Shown: in pieces, positions 54,745 to 64,000 of the stretch | How the letters are laid out: every line of letters starts with the position of its first letter | Numbering within the stretch: position 1 is the first letter of the stretch | DNA from: Dehalococcoidia bacterium | GTDB taxonomy: Bacteria; Chloroflexota; Dehalococcoidia; UBA6926 | Reading direction: 5' to 3' | NCBI GenBank assembly: GCA_034428515.1 | Contig: DAOUHQ010000013.1 | Span: 82,371 to 146,370, forward strand | DNA length: 64,000 nucleotides | Made by a program: the position numbers and the translations under genes | Notes under the pieces: model-generated | The model's database searches: none | Told to the model about the DNA's origin: nothing | The model's input: only the letters and a program-made list of their open reading frames with translations

Positions 54745-55380
54745 ATGGCGACCGCATCAGCAACGATTCTTCCGGTCACGGTCTGGTACGACTACATTTG
54801 ACCGTGGTGCTACATCGGCCAGGAACGGGTCGATAAGCTGAAGCAGGACTTCAACGTCGAGATAGACTATCGCGCGTTTTTCCTGCGTCCCGATCTGCCG
54901 CCGGAGGGCATTGCCCGGCCTGAGCGGTACAATAATCCGAACTCACCCGTGCAGCAGGCCGCTGAGGCTGCGGGCATCGTCATGAACAGGCCAGAGCGGG
55001 TGCCATACACGCGACTCACGTTGGAGGCGACCGAGGCTGCCAAGCAGGCAGGCGCGGGCGAAGCGTTCCATGAGGCGGCGTACCGCGCTTATTGGGGCGA
55101 CGGCGTCGATCTTAGCGTTGTGGAGAACCTCAAGCCTATCGCCGAGGAAGTTGGCCTCGATTGGCCGACGATGCACAAGCACATTGAGGATCGCACGTAC
55201 AAGGAAGAGGTTGAGCGGCAGTACCAGGACGCGCTGAACATCGGCGTCACAGGTATTCCGGCCTACGTAATCGGGCGATTCTTCTTTGTCGGCGCGCAGC
55301 CGTATGACGTGTTCAAGCAGGTTGCGGAGCGTGCGATCACGATGATGGAAGAGGGTGAGGATCCGGGGTTCAAGAGCTAG
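54745..55380 (+). CDS. DsbA/FrnE-like oxidoreductase, selenoprotein (U-P-W-C)
   Basis: ATG 54745 after AAGGGAG; VWYDYI-TGA(54799-54801)-PWCYIG is in frame with ORF 54949-55380; GVTGIP cis-Pro motif near the C-terminus. Confidence 0.88.
54814..54834 (+). promoter_or_regulatory. Candidate bacterial SECIS hairpin
   Basis: ATCGGCC-AGGAACG-GGTCGAT, a 7-bp stem starting 12 nt after the UGA, with G early in the loop. Confidence 0.6.
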
Positions 55381-55402
55381 GGTCTTCCAGTAACCCGACG
55401 AT

Positions 55403-55434
55403 GAGGGGCGTCCCGATGGGGCGCCTCTTTTCTT
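55403..55434 (+). terminator. Intrinsic terminator after the DsbA-like gene
   Basis: GAGGGGCGTCCC-GAT-GGGGCGCCTC followed by TTTTCTTT. Confidence 0.65.
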
Positions 55435-55511
55435 TGGGGTGCAGGTGGGTTGCAGGCAGGGCTTACAATCGTTGCGTGATAGTTTTCACTGGGGCTGACA
55501 GTTAGCCTGCC

Positions 55512-56945
55512 ATGGGGGTCGATAATCGACAGCGCCCCCGAGAGCGGCTTGTGCGCCGCTCCGTCGGCACTCAATCTCGCCGACTCGCGATAAGCCGCCC
55601 AAGCGCGCCTCGACTGCCCCGATTCCTGAGCACACCGTACGTACGGATATCACTCTTCTTCGGCCTGCTCATCGCGCTTGGAACGACACTGCTGTTGATG
55701 CCGTGGGCGACTGCTGATGGCACAACGACCGATTTCATCACGGCGCTTTTCACGGCGACATCCGCCTCTTTCGTCACGGGACTCATTCTCGTCGAGACCG
55801 GCGAGTACTGGTCGATCTATGGGCACCTCATCATCCTGTTCCTGATCGAGGTTGGGGGGCTGGGGTATGTTGCCGGCCTTGCAATCATCATCTTTGGACG
55901 CGAGCGCCGGGCGTCGCTGTCGGACAGACAATCGCTGCGAGCAACGCTTGGGGGCGGCTCGCTGGGGAGCGTCAGTCAAGAAGCGAAGGAAGTCATCCGA
56001 ATCTCAATCGTCCTGCAGTTGATAGGTTTTCTCGTCCTGATTGTTGGATTCCTTGTTGCCGGACATGGCCCGGGCGAGGCAGGCTGGTTTGCGCTTTTCC
56101 ATTCGGTTTCCGCATTCCACAACGCGGGGTTCGATATTACGGGAGGCGCGCCGAGTCTCTTTGAGTACCGTTACTCGATACTGGTGGCCGGGCCAATCAC
56201 GATGCTCTCGTTCATTGGAGCGACGGGCGCGGCGATCCTGATAGTCATTTACCGGCAGAAGCGATGGCTGACGCTGCCGCTGGACGTGAAGATCGTTATC
56301 GGCGGCATGGTTGGAGTTGCGGCTGCCGGTTTCATCGGCATCCTTGTTACCGAGTGGTCCAACCCGGCAACCCTGGGCTCTCAGCCCATACCGAATCGCA
56401 TCTGGGACAGCCTTGTGATGGCAGTGGGGAACCGTACGTCCGGATTCAGCACGTTTGGAGTGGATCAGACGTATGAACACACGCTTTTCCTGCTGATCTG
56501 GTTGATGCTGATCGGTGGGGCGGCGGGTTCAATGACGGGCGGTATCAAGATCAACTCGTTCATGGTGATGTTCACGTCAGTTTTGACGAGTATTCGGGGC
56601 CTCACACACGCGTCTATCTTTGGTCGGGAGATCGCGGACGTGCAGGTGCGGCGGGCCATAACGATTGCGAGCTTCGCGTTTGTGTGGGTCAACTCAGTGG
56701 CGCTGCTGCTAGACATCGTTGAAGAGGCACACTTCGTAGAGATTCTGTTCGACGTGGTTTCCGCGTTCGGGCTTGTGGGGCTTTCCACCGGGACGATTCC
56801 GGGGATGTCAGATTTTGGGAAGAGCGTGATTATTCTCTCGATGTTTGTCGGCCGCTTTGCGCCGTTCTTCCTTGCGCTTGAACTGGCTCACCGAGAGAGA
56901 TTTTCGCGATTCCGGTACCCGGAAGGGGAAGTTAGGATAGGCTAG
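55512..56945 (+). CDS. ktrB: TrkH/KtrB potassium uptake membrane subunit
   Basis: LFTATSASFVTG, FHSVSAFHNAGF, RTSGF, GGIKI, SAFGLVGLSTG, C-terminal YPEGEVRIG. Confidence 0.9.
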   Translation: MGVDNRQRPRERLVRRSVGTQSRRLAISRPSAPRLPRFLSTPYVRISLFFGLLIALGTTLLLMPWATADGTTTDFITALFTATSASFVTGLILVETGEYWSIYGHLIILFLIEVGGLGYVAGLAIIIFGRERRASLSDRQSLRATLGGGSLGSVSQEAKEVIRISIVLQLIGFLVLIVGFLVAGHGPGEAGWFALFHSVSAFHNAGFDITGGAPSLFEYRYSILVAGPITMLSFIGATGAAILIVIYRQKRWLTLPLDVKIVIGGMVGVAAAGFIGILVTEWSNPATLGSQPIPNRIWDSLVMAVGNRTSGFSTFGVDQTYEHTLFLLIWLMLIGGAAGSMTGGIKINSFMVMFTSVLTSIRGLTHASIFGREIADVQVRRAITIASFAFVWVNSVALLLDIVEEAHFVEILFDVVSAFGLVGLSTGTIPGMSDFGKSVIILSMFVGRFAPFFLALELAHRERFSRFRYPEGEVRIG

Positions 56946-56975
56946 TACGGAATCAACTCAGCGGAGAGTGCTGAC

Positions 56976-57671
56976 GTGGCAAAAGGGCAGGTAGCTGTTC
57001 TGGGACTCGGCCGGTTCGGCCAGCGGGTTGCGCGCGACCTTCAATTGAAGGGCATCGACGTGCTTGCCATCGATAAGGATCCCAACCGGGTTCGAGAATC
57101 GGCGGCGCTGCTCCAGCACGTGATGGTCGCTGACGTAAGCGACCGCGCGGCGCTGATCGAACTCAGCGTACCGGAATCTGAATCCGTCATTGTTGCGGTT
57201 GGCGGCGATATCCAGACCAACCTATTGACCACAGTTTTGCTGAAGACACTCGGTGCTAAGAACGTGGTTGCCCGCGCGCGGGATGAGCTGCACGGGGATG
57301 CGCTGAGGCAGCTGGGCGCAGATCGGGTAGTGTTCCCGGAACTTGATACGGCCGAGAGGCTTGCCCATAGCCTGTCATTCAGGGGTGTTCAGGATTACTT
57401 TGAGTTGAGCCGCGACTATGGAATCAGCACAGTAGTGGTCAATGACGGGATGGCAGGCAGAACCATCGAAGAACTTGGCCTGGTGCATCCTCGCCAGGCG
57501 AATGAACTGAGCGTGGTTCTCATCATCCGCAACCGGAATGAAGCCCTGATTCAGCCGGACAGATTCGAAAAGGTTGGCAAGGGCGACGTGCTTGTGTTGG
57601 CAGGATTGGACAAGGAATTTGAAGAACTGCAGTTTGAGCAGTTTGACGGAAAAGGACAGGATGGGCGTTGA
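56976..57671 (+). CDS. ktrA: TrkA/KtrA RCK regulatory subunit
   Basis: VLGLGRFG Rossmann motif, LGADRVVFPE, TrkA-C domain. Confidence 0.9.
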   Translation: MAKGQVAVLGLGRFGQRVARDLQLKGIDVLAIDKDPNRVRESAALLQHVMVADVSDRAALIELSVPESESVIVAVGGDIQTNLLTTVLLKTLGAKNVVARARDELHGDALRQLGADRVVFPELDTAERLAHSLSFRGVQDYFELSRDYGISTVVVNDGMAGRTIEELGLVHPRQANELSVVLIIRNRNEALIQPDRFEKVGKGDVLVLAGLDKEFEELQFEQFDGKGQDGR

Positions 57672-57750
57672 CCATCGCTTGCCGTCGCGTTACAGTCGTT
57701 CGCGTTGCCTGCAACATTAACCGGGCGACGGATAGGCGTGAGGAGTAGAA

Positions 57751-58584
57751 ATGACGCAGATCAGTGACCACGTTTACGCGTGCCATATCGCGGATACCCA
57801 CTACATGCATCCAGGCGGAACCACCATCTATTTCATCGGCGATCCGTCAGAGGAGATGCTGATACTGGATACCGGCGAACATGATCGCTCATGGACGAAA
57901 CAGATCCTTGAGTACTGGGAAGGGCTCGGCTCGCCGAAGATCGGGGGAATCCTCATATCTCACGGCCATGGCGATCACACAGGCGGCATCGATCGGATCC
58001 AGGAGGCGACGGGAGCGCCCGTGCGCTGTCATCCGAAGCTGGCAAAGCAGCTGCGCAGCGTCCTTGGGCATGAGGACGAGCTCGTTGTTCCTCTCAAGTC
58101 ACGGGAGATGCTGAGAACGGGCGGCGGGACCGCTGTACGCGCGCTCTTCACGCCGGGCCACGCTGTCGATCATGTCTGCTATCACCTGGCAGCTGAGCGG
58201 ATACTGTTCACCGGGGACACGATTCTGGGTTCCTCGTCCTCGTCCGTTCAGGATCTATACGAGTACATGAAGACTCTCGGTAAGTTGTCCAAGCTGCGGG
58301 TGGACACGATTGCTCCGGCGCATGGCGGGGTGGTAGCGCCGCCGCGAGGGCGTCGACTTGTCGCGTGGTACATGTCCCATCGACAGGAGCGCGAAGAGCA
58401 AGTTGTTTCTTCGCTGGAAAAGGGTATTGAAAAGGTCGATGAGATGGTCAAGGACATCTATCCGCGGAACCTGAAGAGGGACCTGCGCCGCGCTGCGGCC
58501 GGTAATGTGCGCACACACCTGGACAAGCTGAAGAAGGATGAACGTGTTGCAGAGGCCGAGGCAACGTACAGCCTGACAAGGTAG
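57751..58584 (+). CDS. Metallo-beta-lactamase fold hydrolase with C-terminal winged helix (LACTB2-like)
   Basis: SHGHGDHTGG, TPGHAVDH, LFTGD, APAHG. Confidence 0.88.
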   Translation: MTQISDHVYACHIADTHYMHPGGTTIYFIGDPSEEMLILDTGEHDRSWTKQILEYWEGLGSPKIGGILISHGHGDHTGGIDRIQEATGAPVRCHPKLAKQLRSVLGHEDELVVPLKSREMLRTGGGTAVRALFTPGHAVDHVCYHLAAERILFTGDTILGSSSSSVQDLYEYMKTLGKLSKLRVDTIAPAHGGVVAPPRGRRLVAWYMSHRQEREEQVVSSLEKGIEKVDEMVKDIYPRNLKRDLRRAAAGNVRTHLDKLKKDERVAEAEATYSLTR

Positions 58585-58600
58585 GCGTGGAGGCCGGGCG

Positions 58601-58951
58601 GTGACAGAGTTAGAAGACTGTCTATTCTGTCGGATTCGCGACGGGGAGATACCGAGCGAGTTCCTGCACAAGGATGACCAGGCTTTTGCTATCCGCGACA
58701 TCAGCCCACGCGCCCCAGTCCACATCCTGATCATTCCGACGGAGCATATTCCGAGCGTTGGGGAAATCACTGACGCGCAGCTGCCAGTCATGGGGACGCT
58801 CACGGGCGTTGCGAATCGGCTCGCGGAATCTGAAGGCATTTCCGAGTCCGGGTATCGCCTCGCGATCAACTGCGGCCCGGACGCGCATATGAGCGTGCCG
58901 CACCTCCATCTGCATCTGATTGGCGGCCGATCGCTTGGCGGGGAGGGATAG
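58601..58951 (+). CDS. HIT family nucleotide-binding protein
   Basis: DCLFCRI, DISPRAPVHILIIP, VPHLHLHLIGG. Confidence 0.93.
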   Translation: MTELEDCLFCRIRDGEIPSEFLHKDDQAFAIRDISPRAPVHILIIPTEHIPSVGEITDAQLPVMGTLTGVANRLAESEGISESGYRLAINCGPDAHMSVPHLHLHLIGGRSLGGEG

Positions 58952-58962
58952 CTGAGACGGTC

Positions 58963-59484
58963 ATGAGGAACTTACGGCGGCAGACAGGGTCCGGGTCGTG
59001 GGTTGAATCGTTCGCGAGCCTGTTTGGCGGGAAGGGTGGGTTGCCCACCGCGCAGACGGTTCTTGTACCGCTCGTCGGATCGTCATTGGATGAGTCTGCC
59101 CTGAAAGTGGCGGGCGAGGTGGCGCGGGAGTCATCCGGGCGCGTACATGTGTTGTACATCATTGAGGTGCCGCGGGCAGTGCCATTGGATGCTCCGATGG
59201 ACGAGCAAGTCCGGAATGGAGAGCGGATCCTGAAGGACATTGAGGATCATTGGCCGCATAAGAAGACGAGTGTTGCCACGGAACTGCTGCAGGCTCGGCA
59301 GGCCGGGCCTGCGATTGTCACGGAGGCTGTGGAGCGCGGCGCGGACCTTGTGATCATGGGCATCGACCACGAGAGGCGCTATGGAGACTACAGTCTGGGT
59401 TCCTCCACCGCCCACGTGCTGCAGCACGTTCCATCGGCTTTGTGGATTCTCCGCGCGCCAATCAACCAGAACGGCGCTCGCTGA
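58963..59484 (+). CDS. Universal stress protein
   Basis: VLVPLVGS, GPAIVTEA...ADLVIMG, LGSSTAHVL. Confidence 0.85.
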   Translation: MRNLRRQTGSGSWVESFASLFGGKGGLPTAQTVLVPLVGSSLDESALKVAGEVARESSGRVHVLYIIEVPRAVPLDAPMDEQVRNGERILKDIEDHWPHKKTSVATELLQARQAGPAIVTEAVERGADLVIMGIDHERRYGDYSLGSSTAHVLQHVPSALWILRAPINQNGAR

Positions 59485-59514
59485 CCGGGCGGATTAACAG
59501 GGATTAAGCCAACA

Positions 59515-59940
59515 ATGAGATTTCTGATTATGGGCTGCGGACGAGTGGGATCGGGGTTGGCTCGCAGCCTGACCGACGAAGGCCATGACGTGACAATCAT
59601 GGATGTGCGTCAGGACGCATTCCGGCGTCTCACGGCACAATTCCGTGGGAATGCAATCATCGGTGATGGGCTTGATTCGGCGGCGCTGCAACGAGCGGGG
59701 ATAGAAAACGCGGACGTGTTCGTGTCCGTGACGCAGGGCGATAACCGAAACCTGATGGCTGCGCAGGTCGCGAAGCACATTTTCAAGGTGCCCCGTGTGA
59801 TCGCGCGCGTGTATGACGATAGCCGGGCCGACGTTTTCCGGGAGCTGGGTCTTCAGACGCTCAGTTCGCCGCGATTTGTGACGGGCCTGATGCGAGAAAT
59901 GATCTTTGACGAGTCAGACGAGACGCCGGGAGACAAATAG
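59515..59940 (+). CDS. trkA: TrkA-N (RCK) domain protein
   Basis: IMGCGRVG, AGIENAD, VTQGDNRNL. Confidence 0.88.
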   Translation: MRFLIMGCGRVGSGLARSLTDEGHDVTIMDVRQDAFRRLTAQFRGNAIIGDGLDSAALQRAGIENADVFVSVTQGDNRNLMAAQVAKHIFKVPRVIARVYDDSRADVFRELGLQTLSSPRFVTGLMREMIFDESDETPGDK

Positions 59941-59944
59941 CGAT

Positions 59945-60616
59945 ATGTACGTGATTGTGGCGGGCGGGGGTAAGGTTGGCTTCGGACTGTCACAAGCCCT
60001 GCTGGCTAACGGGGACGAAGTCTTGTGCATCGAGAAGGATGCACACCGCTGCGCCGTCATCGCCGAAGATCTCGGCAGTGCAAGCTACCAGGGCGACTGC
60101 TGCGAGGTGAGTGTGTTGGAGGACACGGGGACTGGCAGGGCGGACGTGTTTGTGGCCGTAACAGGCGACGACGCGGACAACCTCATTGCCTGCCAGGTTG
60201 CTAAGGCGCGTTTCCGGGTGCCAAGAACGGTGGCCCGCATCAACGATCCGCGGAACAGGGAGATATTCAGCATTCTTGGCGTGGACGCGACCGTGAACTC
60301 AACGGACGTGATCATGTCGCAGATTGCGCAGGAGATGCCGTCTCAACCATTGACACAGGTGTTGTCGCTGCGCGGGACGGGACGGGAGCTGTGCCAGGTT
60401 GAAGTGACGGCAGACTCACCGCTGCTTGGAGAAGAGGTCAACTTGCTCCGGTTGCCCGGAGACAGCGAGATTATCCTGATTGTGTGCTCGGATCAATCGG
60501 TGAGAACACCCGAGAACGGCCTGCAGCTTGAGGCGGGGCAGGTTGTCCTAGCGCTGACGCGAGAGGAGCAGGAGCCGGCGCTGAGAGAGGCTCTTACTGG
60601 CGTCGTGCCGGAGTAG
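59945..60616 (+). CDS. trkA: TrkA family protein (N and C domains)
   Basis: VAGGGKVG, VTGDDADNL, ARINDPRN; start set at 59945. Confidence 0.88.
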   Translation: MYVIVAGGGKVGFGLSQALLANGDEVLCIEKDAHRCAVIAEDLGSASYQGDCCEVSVLEDTGTGRADVFVAVTGDDADNLIACQVAKARFRVPRTVARINDPRNREIFSILGVDATVNSTDVIMSQIAQEMPSQPLTQVLSLRGTGRELCQVEVTADSPLLGEEVNLLRLPGDSEIILIVCSDQSVRTPENGLQLEAGQVVLALTREEQEPALREALTGVVPE

Positions 60617-60618
60617 GG

Positions 60619-60660
60619 CCCTTCGACGGGCTCACCCTTCGACAAGCTCAGGGTGAACGG
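60619..60660. repeat. REP-like palindromic repeat, two tandem 16-mers
   Basis: CCCTTCGACGGGCTCA followed by CCCTTCGACAAGCTCA; TCACCCT/AGGGTGA stem; lies between convergent genes. Confidence 0.5.
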
Positions 60661-60753
60661 GGAATGGTTAGGCTCAGAGTGGGCGGTGGGGGAATTGCGC
60701 CCTGTCCAACGGATGGGGGGCTTTTAGTTCAGGGCCGGCGGAAATTGGCGAGT

Positions 60754-61053
60754 CTAGGTTGCGGAACCGTCGCCCCGATTGTGCTGAATCCAGTCCTGCA
60801 TCTCCTGCCCGGCGCGCATTGCGGCATCGCGGCCCTCGGAGATGGCGTCGCGAAGCGCATCATTCCCTGTTTCGCCGATGTTGCGGGCGCGCTCACGCAG
60901 GCCGAGCGTTCGGCTGCGAATATCGGCTCGCGACTCGGAGCCGGACTGCGGCGTGAAAAGCACGCCGAGAACAACACCAAGGATCACACCGGAGACGATG
61001 CCCAACAGGAATGTCAGGGCATTGGCATTAGCATTGTCATCTTGTTCACCCAT
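60754..61053 (-). CDS. YtxH-domain protein
   Basis: GIVSGVILGVVLGVLFTPQSGSESRADI. Confidence 0.85.
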   Translation of the reverse strand: MGEQDDNANANALTFLLGIVSGVILGVVLGVLFTPQSGSESRADIRSRTLGLRERARNIGETGNDALRDAISEGRDAAMRAGQEMQDWIQHNRGDGSAT

Positions 61054-61151
61054 TGCGCTGCTCCCTCACCCGGCTTGTATTAGTGGCGCCCCCAAGGCTT
61101 CTCGAAGCAATTATAAGACAGTTTGAAGATGTTGCCCAATGATGAGAACGG

Positions 61152-61433
61152 TCAGCCCTGGCCTCGGCGGCCAAATCGGCGCAGGACGCGGAAGCCCTGC
61201 CGGATTCCTGTGTAGAAGCTGATGACGGGGACGGCGGGGCGAATGATGGCGTCGGTCACGAGACGCGTGGCCGTGCGAACCTCCCCCGTTGTTCCGCGAA
61301 CATTTTCGAGGATCGGCTTGAGGGCTCGAAAGATGCTGAGGGCAACGAGGATGATGGCGAGGAACACGAGTATGCCAAGCACACCCCAGACGATGATGAC
61401 GATATCCCGGATGATTGCGATGACGTCGGCCAA
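61152..61433 (-). CDS. Small membrane protein (DUF948-like)
   Basis: One long TM helix followed by an amphipathic helix; typical neighbour of YtxH. Confidence 0.6.
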   Translation of the reverse strand: MADVIAIIRDIVIIVWGVLGILVFLAIILVALSIFRALKPILENVRGTTGEVRTATRLVTDAIIRPAVPVISFYTGIRQGFRVLRRFGRRGQG

Positions 61434-61506
61434 GCAAGTACCTCGCTAGCGAAACTGCTGTGATTAGTATTGGGCATTCGCGCCCGAATTGCCAAACCGA
61501 CCGGAC

Positions 61507-64000
61507 TCAGCGTTGTAGTACTTCATATACACGAACCGCCTCATTCTCATAGGCAAGCCTGAGTCGTTGATGTCGTTCGAGGGCGGCGACGGTCTCCTCA
61601 GGGTAGTAGGCACGCTCCGTCTGGCCGACGAGAACGTATCCGACATCGTATTCGTCCAGGATGCGCTGGATGATGGTCGGTGAGCCGGAGGAATAGAGGT
61701 TTCTTACGTCTGCCTGTCTGCGGTCGATCTCCGGCTCCGTGATGCCGATGCCGCGCTGCTGCCGTTGATGCCATGGCCAACCGATGATCATTGGGAGGCC
61801 GGCGTACATGGCGGCGCGTGACTGGATGCGGTAGTAGGGGGTGTCGTTCTGCACGGGCGGGAGTCCAGCCTCAGCGATGACGGGTATTCCCTCCACGCTC
61901 TCGCGCAGCCAGAGAAGAGCATCCAGCTCATGGCGCAGGACGATTTCGGTATCTTCGACATCTATGTAGGTGCCGTCCTGCATGTAGGCTGAGCCGTCCA
62001 GTGTCAGAGGGATGTTGGTGTCGATGCGGTCCGCGAGGCGGGCTTTCGTTCCGAGGACGGGGTAGATGGAAACGCCGACTACGGCGACGGCCAAAATGGC
62101 GTAGAACGAGATTCGATAGGTGCGGCCGATGTCCGGCATCCTCAACGTGCCGCCATTCTTCAGCATCCACCAAAGCAGGAATGCTGCCGATATGCTGAGC
62201 AGCAGCCATGCCTGAAGGTAGACGCGGAAGATGGTGTTCATCCGTACAAGGTGGTCCTGGATTGCGAGGACATCCACGGCGGCGATGAGGCCAAAGGCGA
62301 GGGATGCCGCGCCGTATGAAAGCCTGACGGGGAGAGGCAGGCGGGTAGAGAGCGTGAGGGCGAGGGTTATCGCGGCCAACACGCCGGTGATTACGACGTT
62401 GCTGAAACCCATGATGAATAGCACGATGAATCCTGCGACAAGGACGCCGCCGCCGACCACGCTGCCCAACCGGTATAGGAATGCGCTGCCCGTGTCTTCA
62501 GGGGGCCATGCGCGTATGCGAAGTTCTCTCAATAGGTCGCGAAGTGCAGCGCTGGGAATGCCGAGCGCGATGGAGACAGCCGGGCGGAGGGAGATAGCGA
62601 TGATCAGGAGGGGCAAGCCGAAGATGGCGAAGAGGGAGCGGATGGGGGTCTGCTCGTTGCTGCCAACGATCTCGGTATAGAAAGTGGCGTTTGCGGCGTG
62701 GTAGGGGACAAAGAGCGCAAAGCTGACGGCGACAAGCAGCGCCGCAGCAATGAGAGTCCGGATAATTGTGGCCTTGGTGGTAGTTCCCCTCGCCAGAAGG
62801 GCAATGGCGATAGCGGCAACGGCGATAAACAGGAATGTTGGGTAGTCCCACGAGTGGGCGGCAAACAACGCGCCGAGCGTTAGAGCGAGCGCGCCAAAGG
62901 GCAGGGTGAGTGATATCCGGTTGCGCCGGTCGTACAGGGCGAGCGCGACCGTAAGGCTCAGGCCGACGGCCACCAATGCAAACGGCATGGCAAAGATGTG
63001 AGCGTGCGGGTCGGCGAATAGGAACGAGAAGAACGGAAACTCCGTGATGCTGATAGTCCCGGGGACGGCGACCATGCGGCTGGATCGCCAGAAATCGAAC
63101 CCCTCGCCGCTGAGGGCGGAGGCTGAGACGGTCAGGAGATTGCTGACTCCGCCTGAGTCCGACAACGTTATCGTGTCCCACGCCGCCGGGCCGATGCGTT
63201 CCGCTATCTGAACAAGGCCATCGAGGTTGCCAGCGATTGCCACCATAAGAGCGGCGACCAGGCCAGTGATGATCGCCCCCTTGGCGGGGAAATGAGAAAT
63301 TCGGAGTCGTTGCCTTGTTGCTTCGACGAGGTTCACGCCAATGGAGAAGGCGGCGCAGAAGGTCATCGTCCAGAACGTGGGAATGGCGAGGTTGACGGCG
63401 AATTCGGGCACGGTTCCTGTGAGTCTTATGAGCGTGGCGACTATGAAGTGACCGAAGTAGTAGTAGTTGAGGTGGCCGCCGGCGAACCAGGGGTCGTAGG
63501 GCGGCATGAACGAGGAGCGTGTTACGGCGGTGAGATAGGACACATCCATGGGTTTCTCGCCGCCACGGAACGGATGCCAAAGGTCCGGATTGGCAGCTCT
63601 CAGAACGACGAGGGCGATGAAGACGGTGAGGAAGAGGGCCTCAGCCGTGAGGAGCCAGCGCCATCGTTGACGGATAAGTGTCAGCAATTCTCGTCGTGAC
63701 TTGTAGGCGACGAATGCGGACGCCACGGCGAGGATGAGGATGGCGGCGGCGACGCTCATGCGAGAGAACGGGATGATCTGCAGCGCCGCCCCGAGCCACG
63801 CGAGGTAGGCGACTATGAGCAGGGACAGCGCCTTGCCTAGTAAGTAGCCGCTGTCAGGCAGCGGGCGGAAGATGCGGACCATGAGTGGGAGTCCGGCCAG
63901 CGAGATGCCCTGAATGGCCAGCAGCCAGAGCACGAGCTCTGTGCCAGTGCCGCGCCCTGTGGTTGGCATGATGTCCGTCCACGTGCCGCCCTCGTCCTGC
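61507..64000 (-). CDS. DUF2298 / Chlor_Arch_YYY polytopic membrane protein, 5' end outside the window
   Basis: GGEKPMD, PPYDPWFAGGHLNYYYFG, TISITEFPFFSFLFADPHAH; the frame stays open past 63969 to the window edge. Confidence 0.88.
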   Translation of the reverse strand, partial: QDEGGTWTDIMPTTGRGTGTELVLWLLAIQGISLAGLPLMVRIFRPLPDSGYLLGKALSLLIVAYLAWLGAALQIIPFSRMSVAAAILILAVASAFVAYKSRRELLTLIRQRWRWLLTAEALFLTVFIALVVLRAANPDLWHPFRGGEKPMDVSYLTAVTRSSFMPPYDPWFAGGHLNYYYFGHFIVATLIRLTGTVPEFAVNLAIPTFWTMTFCAAFSIGVNLVEATRQRLRISHFPAKGAIITGLVAALMVAIAGNLDGLVQIAERIGPAAWDTITLSDSGGVSNLLTVSASALSGEGFDFWRSSRMVAVPGTISITEFPFFSFLFADPHAHIFAMPFALVAVGLSLTVALALYDRRNRISLTLPFGALALTLGALFAAHSWDYPTFLFIAVAAIAIALLARGTTTKATIIRTLIAAALLVAVSFALFVPYHAANATFYTEIVGSNEQTPIRSLFAIFGLPLLIIAISLRPAVSIALGIPSAALRDLLRELRIRAWPPEDTGSAFLYRLGSVVGGGVLVAGFIVLFIMGFSNVVITGVLAAITLALTLSTRLPLPVRLSYGAASLAFGLIAAVDVLAIQDHLVRMNTIFRVYLQAWLLLSISAAFLLWWMLKNGGTLRMPDIGRTYRISFYAILAVAVVGVSIYPVLGTKARLADRIDTNIPLTLDGSAYMQDGTYIDVEDTEIVLRHELDALLWLRESVEGIPVIAEAGLPPVQNDTPYYRIQSRAAMYAGLPMIIGWPWHQRQQRGIGITEPEIDRRQADVRNLYSSGSPTIIQRILDEYDVGYVLVGQTERAYYPEETVAALERHQRLRLAYENEAVRVYEVLQR

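Noticed and set aside
55512-60616. Novel system in the Ktr/Trk-MBL-HIT-USP cluster
   Set aside because: All members are ordinary housekeeping families with intact motifs, and nothing beyond the presence of three RCK genes is unusual.

Overview
Bases ~4.8-44.6 kb are an integrative conjugative element (ICE). It ends in a large serine recombinase whose last codons run antisense into tRNA-Val(CAC). The element has five modules. (1) A leftward DNA-processing operon: primase, Rad52-family annealase, stand-alone TSCPD domain, Fe-S PD-(D/E)XK nuclease, SSB, RadC, methyltransferase and SF2 helicase, punctuated by repeated double hairpins. (2) A minimal conjugation operon: VirB6/TrbL-like, two pilin-like genes, PrgI fusion, VirB4, VirD4 and a Replic_Relax-type protein, with no cell-wall hydrolase evident. 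(3) Four tandem XRE-HTH genes. (4) A ~2,400-aa exported FN3-repeat protein with a phospholipase A2-like C-terminal domain, followed by a coupled membrane-protein gene and scrambled orphan copies of its own pre-tip region, which resembles a polymorphic toxin locus. (5) An imuB-dnaE2-SRAP mutagenesis cassette with a perfect AGAAC-N4-GTTCT LexA box. Left of the ICE core are defence-type genes: Sir2-STAND-TPR-cold-shock, the start of a PLD-helicase, and a small-protein/aspartic-protease pair with an amber codon. Right of the tRNAs is host chromosome, including a UGA-containing DsbA-like selenoprotein with a SECIS-like hairpin, a degenerate DXR paralogue, sufBD and Trk/Ktr genes. The LexA box type and the Chlor_Arch_YYY protein point to a Chloroflexota (probably Dehalococcoidia-like) host, which is inference. 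All family calls come from motif recognition by eye; no searches were run.
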